Shown one piece after another: positions 58,127 through 64,000 of a stretch of DNA of 64,000 nt. This DNA comes from Candidatus Dojkabacteria bacterium. Its GTDB lineage: Bacteria > Patescibacteriota > Dojkabacteria > B142 > JAFGFJ01. The notes below the pieces were generated by a model. That model was not told the origin of the DNA. It made no database searches and saw only the letters and a list, made by a program, of their open reading frames with translations. The DNA lies in NCBI GenBank assembly GCA_016931155.1, contig JAFGFJ010000005.1, positions 1,547 through 65,546 of the forward strand, in the 5' to 3' direction. The translations under genes and the position numbers were made by a program. Numbering within the stretch: position 1 is the stretch's first letter; each line of letters opens with the position of its first letter.

Positions 58127-59542
58127 TTAATCATTTTTGCTGTTAGGATCAATCGGTTCAAGGTCAGTCTTTCCTATCCTGTCTTCTTCTGCCACCCTAT
58201 GTACTTTACCATAACTGTCAATACGGGTATTTTCACTGTTCCCAACAGTTGTTTCATTCGAAGCAACATCAGTAATCTCTGGATTTATACTATCCCGTAC
58301 TACTTCTCCAACACCTGCTGATATTTCAACCTTTTTTTTCTTGCTTTTTTTGATTAAATAATAAACCCCAAATACAACTATAATTACTGATCCGGCAATC
58401 AAAATAATTGCCAATGTTGATATTGTACTGGATTCTTCGGATTCTTCTGCTAATGATCCTCCTTTGAAAATGGTTTCAAACTCAACTTCTGCCGTCTCAC
58501 CATTCTTTGAAGATGCAATTATTCTGAAGGAATTTTCTTCTTCTTCAAGGTTATATGAGAAGACAAATGTTCCATCGTCCTCTGGCTCCAGCTCCTCCAA
58601 AATTCTTTCTTCACCAAGATATATATCAATTAAGCTATCAAGATCGTCAACCTCACCTTGAATAGTGAAAGTGGGTTCCATCGTGCTTTCAGGAGCCTCT
58701 ATCTTTAGAGTTGGTTTAAATGCATAGTTGGAAAATCCAGCAACATCAAACGTCAGTATTTGATTACTATACATGATATTGGTTACTTTTGTAGTAACGC
58801 TTCCATCCTCTACAATTGTAGGATTAGATCCACTAACAAGATTCATTCCTCTCATTGTAATTTTTGCTTTTTTATTAAGCTCCGGCAGTGCATCTGAATC
58901 CAAAATAACTCTTCCAGTTTCAGAAATTGAAACATATCTATCCAGCTGTGCAAACTTTTCAGCAAAAGAATTGTCAGATAGGTTTACTTCTTGAAGAAAA
59001 ACTATCTTATTTGCAGTTGGGTCATCAAGGGTAAAATTTTTGACTGCAGGAACCTCACTGATTTTTATATTTCTCAAAATTGTAGAAGTACTTCCAACCT
59101 TTGTAAAAGAAGAAGGCATAGTCACATCCAATATTTTGTAGTTAACTTCCTCAGCCGTTTCCTTTTTTACTAAACGAAAAATAATTGTTTCAGAGTCATT
59201 TGTGTCGGTAATTTCAACACTTTTTGAGGTTCCCTCACCAGGTTTCATTATCCAACTGGAACTGGATGGAATAGTCACTGTGGCTGTATACTCGCCATTT
59301 TCTTCGATGTCGTCAAATACTGCCGATCCATTTGTCTTTGATGAGGATACTGTACTTGAGTATCCATCTGAACCGATTAGAGTAACATTTATAGCAGGCA
59401 CTCCATTACCATTCTCGTCTTTTATCAAAACAGTAATTACTTTATTCTCAAGAGCAGAGACAACTCCCGAAATACTCAATAAAACAAGCAGTACAGATGT
59501 AAAAAGAGCAAATAATCCCCTGAAATTTTTCATTTCGTCCAA
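58127..59542 (-). CDS. Cell-surface protein with an N-terminal signal/TM segment, Ig-like beta-rich repeats, and a C-terminal TM anchor
   Basis: Hydrophobic N-terminus. C-terminal IILIAGSVIIVVFGVYYLIKKSKKKK followed by a ~70-aa tail. First gene of the operon with the ABC ATPase and permease. Confidence 0.5.
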   Translation of the reverse strand: MDEMKNFRGLFALFTSVLLVLLSISGVVSALENKVITVLIKDENGNGVPAINVTLIGSDGYSSTVSSSKTNGSAVFDDIEENGEYTATVTIPSSSSWIMKPGEGTSKSVEITDTNDSETIIFRLVKKETAEEVNYKILDVTMPSSFTKVGSTSTILRNIKISEVPAVKNFTLDDPTANKIVFLQEVNLSDNSFAEKFAQLDRYVSISETGRVILDSDALPELNKKAKITMRGMNLVSGSNPTIVEDGSVTTKVTNIMYSNQILTFDVAGFSNYAFKPTLKIEAPESTMEPTFTIQGEVDDLDSLIDIYLGEERILEELEPEDDGTFVFSYNLEEEENSFRIIASSKNGETAEVEFETIFKGGSLAEESEESSTISTLAIILIAGSVIIVVFGVYYLIKKSKKKKVEISAGVGEVVRDSINPEITDVASNETTVGNSENTRIDSYGKVHRVAEEDRIGKTDLEPIDPNSKND

Positions 59543-59557
59543 TATTTTTATATTATC

Positions 59558-60745
59558 CTACCTGCCTATCCTACTATACTTGCTGATGTTGAGCAATATT
59601 CCAATCGCAACAAGCGTAACGATCATGGAACTCCCTCCATAACTTATAAAAGGAAGTGGTATTCCTGTCAAAGGAATAAGACCAACATTTGCTGAAATAT
59701 TTAAAAATGCCTGAAGTCCTATCCAGAATATTATTCCTGAAGCAAGAAGTGCACCGAGAGAATCAGGAGCTGACCTGGCTATCCCGAGTCCTCTTAAAAT
59801 GAAAATTAGAAAAATTAACACAAGAATGATACTTCCAAAGAGTCCAAATTCTTCTGCAAAGATTGCAAAAATAGTATCAGTAAAAGAAGAAATACCAAGA
59901 TAAAAGAACTTCTGTCTTGACTCTCCAAAACCGACCCCGAACAATCCACCTGAGCCGACAGCAATTAGTATCTGACTTAACTGGTAACCTGACCCGGTTG
60001 GATCGGGCACCTCACCAGTCTGAAGAAACTTCAGGTATGTAAGTATTCTCTGCAACCTGTATGGTGCCAGTACAGCTGCAAAAACACCAACAACTGCCAT
60101 AGTAATAATAATTGCAATAGATCCAACAGAATGAAGCAAATCCTTACCCGAAATGAAATAAATAACAAGAGCAATAGCACCCACTATTGCGGTTGTCGCC
60201 AGGTCTTTTCCTGCAAGGATCAGTGAAGTTATAACAAGTAAAAGTATAAGAAAAGGCATTAAACTATGCACAATATAGTTTTTTAAAGCACTATCATATT
60301 TACTGCCAGTGTTCTTTTGCTTTGATAACCAGGAAGCAAGATATATTGTAAAAACAAGTTTTGCAAGCTCAGAGGGCTGCAAGGTAAAGAATCCAAAATC
60401 CAGCCAGCGTTTGGAGCCATGAGTTGCAGTTCCCACTATCAGTACCAGTACAAGAAGGAAAATAGTGATTATTATTCCAATTGGGATAATTTTTGGATAC
60501 TCATGATAATCAATCCTGTAGGCAATATAGCCTGCAATTATACCCAGCACTATCCAGACTACCTGTTGTTTGAAAAAATGAAAGGAGTCATTAAAGGGTT
60601 CTGAAGAGGCAACAATTGCACTTGAATCATAGACAAGAATCAGGCCAAAAAACAAAAGGAATGCTGTAATTCCAAGGATAAGTTTGTCAGGCTGCCTGCT
60701 ATCACCAAGAAGCTTAAATTTTCTACCTGCTCTTTTTTTTGGCAA
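59558..60745 (-). CDS. SEDS-family peptidoglycan glycosyltransferase (FtsW/RodA)
   Basis: Ten TM helices. PLPFISYGGSSMIVTLVAIGILLNIS. Confidence 0.85.
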   Translation of the reverse strand: MPKKRAGRKFKLLGDSRQPDKLILGITAFLLFFGLILVYDSSAIVASSEPFNDSFHFFKQQVVWIVLGIIAGYIAYRIDYHEYPKIIPIGIIITIFLLVLVLIVGTATHGSKRWLDFGFFTLQPSELAKLVFTIYLASWLSKQKNTGSKYDSALKNYIVHSLMPFLILLLVITSLILAGKDLATTAIVGAIALVIYFISGKDLLHSVGSIAIIITMAVVGVFAAVLAPYRLQRILTYLKFLQTGEVPDPTGSGYQLSQILIAVGSGGLFGVGFGESRQKFFYLGISSFTDTIFAIFAEEFGLFGSIILVLIFLIFILRGLGIARSAPDSLGALLASGIIFWIGLQAFLNISANVGLIPLTGIPLPFISYGGSSMIVTLVAIGILLNISKYSRIGR

Positions 60746-60786
60746 TCCTAAAAATAGTTAACGCAACTGTATAGTATAATACACTA

Positions 60787-61089
60787 ATGGTTCGGAATAA
60801 ATACTGCAAAAACAAAATACATTCGAGGATTAAGAGGCAAAATCGGACTTCAAAGAGTAAGAACTTTACGAAGATTAAAAAAAACACGATTATCTCAGAA
60901 TTGGCAGAAAAATATCCTGAAATAGTTAATTTTCTTGCGTGTGAATATAACTTTCATTGTGCCGGCTGTTCATTTGCAAAATTTGAAGAGCTTGGTAACG
61001 CTGCAAAGGTTCATGGAGTTGAAGGAAAAGACTTTGAAGAAATGCTTGTGATAATCAACGAAATGGCTAAAGAACATGGCAATTTATAA
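60787..61089 (+). CDS. DUF1858-like (hybrid-cluster-protein-associated redox disulfide) domain protein
   Basis: ISELAEKYPEIVNFLACEYNFHCAGCSFAKFEELGNAAKVHGVEGKDFEEMLVIINEMA contains the conserved HCAGC motif. The basic N-terminal 35 aa may not be translated. Confidence 0.5.
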   Translation: MVRNKYCKNKIHSRIKRQNRTSKSKNFTKIKKNTIISELAEKYPEIVNFLACEYNFHCAGCSFAKFEELGNAAKVHGVEGKDFEEMLVIINEMAKEHGNL

Positions 61090-61810
61090 GGACATTGGCA
61101 TAATTTTTAAAATAAAGGATTTTTCTGAGGCTGACAAATTGATATCTATTCTTGGTAAGAAGAACGGCAGGATTGATGCAATTGTGAAAGGAGCAAGAAG
61201 ACCAGTTAGTAGAAAGACTGGAAGTATTGATCTATTTAATAAGGCAAAATTTGCATTTGCCGAAGGAAGAAATCTCGATATTCTCACAGAGGTAGAGCTT
61301 CTTGATTCTTATGAAAAAAGTAAAGAGAGTCTGGCAACATCAAAATATTTATTTTATTTTGCTGAACTAATTGATATATTTTTTCCGGAGGTGAGTCAGG
61401 GAAGTGATATTTTTAGTTATATATCAGAAATACTTACACTTCTAAATAATGATAATAAAGCCAAACTAGCAATATCGTTTGAATTGAAGCTTCTCTCAAT
61501 CAACGGATTTGGACCTAACCTTGAAACTTGCAACCTGTGTGGTGAAAAGATAGTAGAAAAAGTTCAAAGGGTAGCACATACAGGAAGCGAAATAGGATTT
61601 ATATGTAGAAGACATTTGAAAAGAAAGAATTGTTCACAAATTAGTGACAGAGTTTTCAAAATTATAAAATTCTTCTCAAGAAAAAGCCTGGATGATGTTC
61701 TGAATCTCAAACTTGAGGAAAATGACCAACAGATTATCGAAAAATTGAATAAGCTTTGGATTCAAAGTATAATTGGTAAACAGATCAAATCATATAAATT
61801 TTTAAAATAA
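61076..61810 (+). CDS. recO: DNA repair protein RecO
   Basis: N-terminal OB fold (GIIFKIKDFSEADKLISILGKKNGRIDAIVKGARR) and a Zn-finger-like CNLCGEK...ICRRH. Confidence 0.8.
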   Translation: MAIYKDIGIIFKIKDFSEADKLISILGKKNGRIDAIVKGARRPVSRKTGSIDLFNKAKFAFAEGRNLDILTEVELLDSYEKSKESLATSKYLFYFAELIDIFFPEVSQGSDIFSYISEILTLLNNDNKAKLAISFELKLLSINGFGPNLETCNLCGEKIVEKVQRVAHTGSEIGFICRRHLKRKNCSQISDRVFKIIKFFSRKSLDDVLNLKLEENDQQIIEKLNKLWIQSIIGKQIKSYKFLK

Positions 61811-61814
61811 TTCT

Positions 61815-62744
61815 ATGAACGACAAAATAAGTTTAAGAAAGGCCTGGGTTACTTTTAGTTCCAATCCTGATAAGTGGAAATTTTTGCTCACATGGTTTGC
61901 TTTATATGCTGTAATCTTTGGTATTTCTTTACTAATAAATATTGTAATAGTTATTCCAATAATTGGGGTATTTTTGATGTGTATATTGGTTCCAGTTTTA
62001 ATAGTAGTTGAGTTTGCAGCAACATTTTTTATTTTGGGATATATTTATGAAATTACTGACAGTACAAGACTTGGAGAGGTGAAACTACCCAAAATACTTA
62101 CCAGCTATAAGGAAAGGCTAACCTTTGGAGCAAAAATTTTTCTTGTTTCTTTTATCTATAATTTACCTTCAGTCGTAATAGCCACAGTGCTTTATATAGT
62201 GTTTGTTTTTGGAATATTCACACTTGGTGCGACAGTAAACAGCGAACCTTTCGTACAATCTCAAAGCTGGAATTCTACTACTTCTACCCTTCAGTTGGTA
62301 GTATTGGTAACTATTGGGCTGATTTCTGTCCTTCTGGTTACATTTTTGTTTGTAATAAACAAATTTCTCGTTGATTCAGCTGTTTACAAATTTCTTGTTT
62401 CAAAAAGAGATCTGAGTAAGGGTTTCAAGTTTAGTTCTGTTTTTCAGATTTTTAAGAATGGAATTAGAGAGAATCTTTTACTATTTTGGAAAAATCTTAT
62501 TCTCGGAGTAATAGTAACTGTAATTACAATTGTATTATTATCTCCAGCAGCGGTACTATTTATCTTTTCGGTAAGCTCTGATTCAGAAATCTCTTCAATA
62601 CTCGGAATATCATCGCTTTGTTTTTATGGACTGGGGATTCTGGCTCTTTATGTTGTATTAACTCCAGTAACCTATTACATTTATCCTCATCTGGTTGGTC
62701 AGATATATGCAATCTGGGATAAAAAAGGTCTGGACAAGGTATGA
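61815..62744 (+). CDS. Hypothetical polytopic membrane protein, 309 aa
   Basis: About 6 TM helices. No motif. Confidence 0.45.
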   Translation: MNDKISLRKAWVTFSSNPDKWKFLLTWFALYAVIFGISLLINIVIVIPIIGVFLMCILVPVLIVVEFAATFFILGYIYEITDSTRLGEVKLPKILTSYKERLTFGAKIFLVSFIYNLPSVVIATVLYIVFVFGIFTLGATVNSEPFVQSQSWNSTTSTLQLVVLVTIGLISVLLVTFLFVINKFLVDSAVYKFLVSKRDLSKGFKFSSVFQIFKNGIRENLLLFWKNLILGVIVTVITIVLLSPAAVLFIFSVSSDSEISSILGISSLCFYGLGILALYVVLTPVTYYIYPHLVGQIYAIWDKKGLDKV

Positions 62745-62840
62745 TAGAACACTTACTGCTGGGGTTGTAAATAATATGTGACGTGCAATTTTACAAATTC
62801 CGGGCTTTTTAGAAGTTTTTCTAATGGGCTGTCTCAGCGT

Positions 62841-62918
62841 CGGGGCGTAGTTCAGTTGGATTAGAATGCACGCATGGGGTGCGTGAGGTCGCCGGTTCGA
62901 GTCCGGCCGCTCCGACCA
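62841..62918 (+). tRNA. tRNA-Pro (anticodon GGG)
   Basis: Hand-folded cloverleaf. Acceptor CGGGGCG/CGCTCCG has the bacterial tRNA-Pro C1:G72 pair and one G-U. D arm GTTC/GAAT. Anticodon stem CACGC/GCGTG with loop ATGGGGT. T arm GCCGG-TTCGAGT-CCGGC. Discriminator A and encoded CCA. Confidence 0.8.
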
Positions 62919-63057
62919 GACAATGGTGGTGTCCAAAAGTGGCAATTAGAAGTCAAAAGAACGCTGGTAAAATAACATTTGGTTTTTTAGTATTGTTCAG
63001 AGGTATTTTCCCATTTAAACGTTTAAATTTTCCTTTAAAATCGTTTAGTTTTATGTG

Positions 63058-63086
63058 CTTTTTTGTCAGGTACTTGACAAAAAAAG
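63058..63086. promoter_or_regulatory. Near-perfect 12-bp-arm palindrome (cttttttgtcag-gtac-ttgacaaaaaag) with TTGACA in the right arm: candidate operator/promoter for the CPBP gene
   Basis: Inverted repeat read directly, with one G-T position. It lies ~65 nt upstream of the ATG at 63149. Confidence 0.3.
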
Positions 63087-63148
63087 AAAAAACAACAAAT
63101 ATCTTGATACTATTCAAAATAAATAATTTGGGGTCAAGTAGAATTTAT

Positions 63149-64000
63149 ATGAAAACTTTTTTTGAGAAAAAACCAATTTTATGTTATGTAATTATTGCCT
63201 TTCTTTTTACTTGGACATTTCAAGTAATAGGTATATTTTTGTTGCATGGTGATTATAAGTTAAATAAAACTTTTTTGATCCTGTTAAACATTTCTTCTTT
63301 TGGTCCGTTCCTGTCTGCAATAATTACTACGTTCTTTGTGTCTGGACGTAAAGGATTGGTTGAATTATTTCAAAGGACAATAAAAGTAAAAATTAACTGG
63401 CTGGTTTATGTTGCTGCATTCTTCGTTTTTCCTCTGGTACTTTTCTTGATATATACGCTATTTGGGTTGCGAGTTGAAGATAATGAGACTGTTATGGTTT
63501 TTTTGACACTAGTGATTGCTATACCTATCAATTCTTTTGTTGTTTCGGTAATAATCGGAATTGGACCATTGGGTGAAGAAATCGGATGGCGTGGTTTTTT
63601 ACTTCCCAAATTACTGAAGAAATATGGAGATTATAAAAGTAGCCTTATCTTAGGTTTAGTGTGGGCTTTTTGGCATTTACCGCTGTTTCTTTTTTCGGAG
63701 TTTAGGGGAGATATTCCTATTTGGATGGCCTTATTTTTGTATCCTTTCGGTACTATATGTCTCGCATATATAATGACGAAATTGCATCGTTGGTCAGGTG
63801 GAAGTATATTTCTGGCAATTTTGTTTCATGGAGTTGTAAATTACGCAATGGATTCGAAAGAGTTTTGGGATTTAGACAAAGTTTCACAGATAAAGTACGT
63901 TTTATTAGGGTATTTAGTAATGCTTACTACGGCTGCAATTTTCTGGGGAGTGGATCTAATTAAAAAAAGGTATTTAATAAAAAATAGAATAGCAATTTCT
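63149..64000 (+). CDS. CPBP-family (CAAX protease / bacteriocin-immunity type) intramembrane metalloprotease, 3'-truncated by the window end
   Basis: All three CPBP motifs are present: EEIGWRGF (EExxxR), FWHLP (FxxxH), and FHGVVNY (HxxxN). Multi-TM. The ORF stays open to position 64000. It is absent from the supplied ORF track because no stop lies within the window. Confidence 0.75.
   Translation, partial: MKTFFEKKPILCYVIIAFLFTWTFQVIGIFLLHGDYKLNKTFLILLNISSFGPFLSAIITTFFVSGRKGLVELFQRTIKVKINWLVYVAAFFVFPLVLFLIYTLFGLRVEDNETVMVFLTLVIAIPINSFVVSVIIGIGPLGEEIGWRGFLLPKLLKKYGDYKSSLILGLVWAFWHLPLFLFSEFRGDIPIWMALFLYPFGTICLAYIMTKLHRWSGGSIFLAILFHGVVNYAMDSKEFWDLDKVSQIKYVLLGYLVMLTTAAIFWGVDLIKKRYLIKNRIAIS

Noticed and set aside
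62658-62945. 95-aa minus-strand ORF
   Set aside because: It overlaps the hand-folded tRNA-Pro gene on the opposite strand. Judged spurious.
1-64000. CRISPR arrays, rRNA genes, transposases or integrases
   Set aside because: No regularly spaced identical repeats with unique spacers were found. The tandem repeats present are contiguous, not spaced. No rRNA-like conserved segments and no recombinase or transposase motifs were seen in any frame.

Overview
This is a low-GC (~33%) bacterial chromosomal segment that reads in the standard genetic code; the long conserved genes are intact. The gene set fits a monoderm, possibly Patescibacteria/CPR-like organism: MurT/GatD lipid II amidation, FtsEX plus a coiled-coil M23 peptidase, two SEDS proteins, and no outer-membrane genes. 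That lineage call is low confidence. Most of the window is core housekeeping: zwf and a gnd-like gene, pth, gatC/gatA, rplU/rpmA, thyA/folA, prfB, rpsT, uvrB, tgt, ksgA, murT/gatD, dnaE, murG, recO, tRNA-Pro(GGG), and ftsE/ftsX with an M23 peptidase. Several accessory loci stand out. (1) A restriction/defence island at 0.7-5.4 kb carries a single-chain Type IIG restriction-modification enzyme, a translationally coupled unknown membrane-anchored protein, and an Mrr-like Type IV endonuclease, all behind a C-depleted GT-rich tandem-repeat promoter region. (2) A heliorhodopsin gene at 6.3-7.1 kb has a long structured 3' non-coding region. (3) A Zn-ribbon protein and site-2-protease pair sits divergent from a 1237-aa orphan protein whose N-terminus resembles a class III nucleotidyl-cyclase, and that orphan is convergent with an NHLP/Nif11-like small ORF. 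(4) A two-component system brackets a 630-aa protein that carries both class II (DxDDTS, QW-like) and class I / isoprenoid-synthase-like (DELID ... NDDAHDWEDD) terpene synthase motifs, next to a polyprenyl diphosphate synthase. I judge this the best candidate for an undescribed system. Smaller oddities are an apparently circularly permuted M23 domain, a Tgt with its Zn-site cysteines replaced, two different tandem repeat arrays flanking gatC, and an attenuator-like leader. I found no rRNA, CRISPR array, transposase or integrase.
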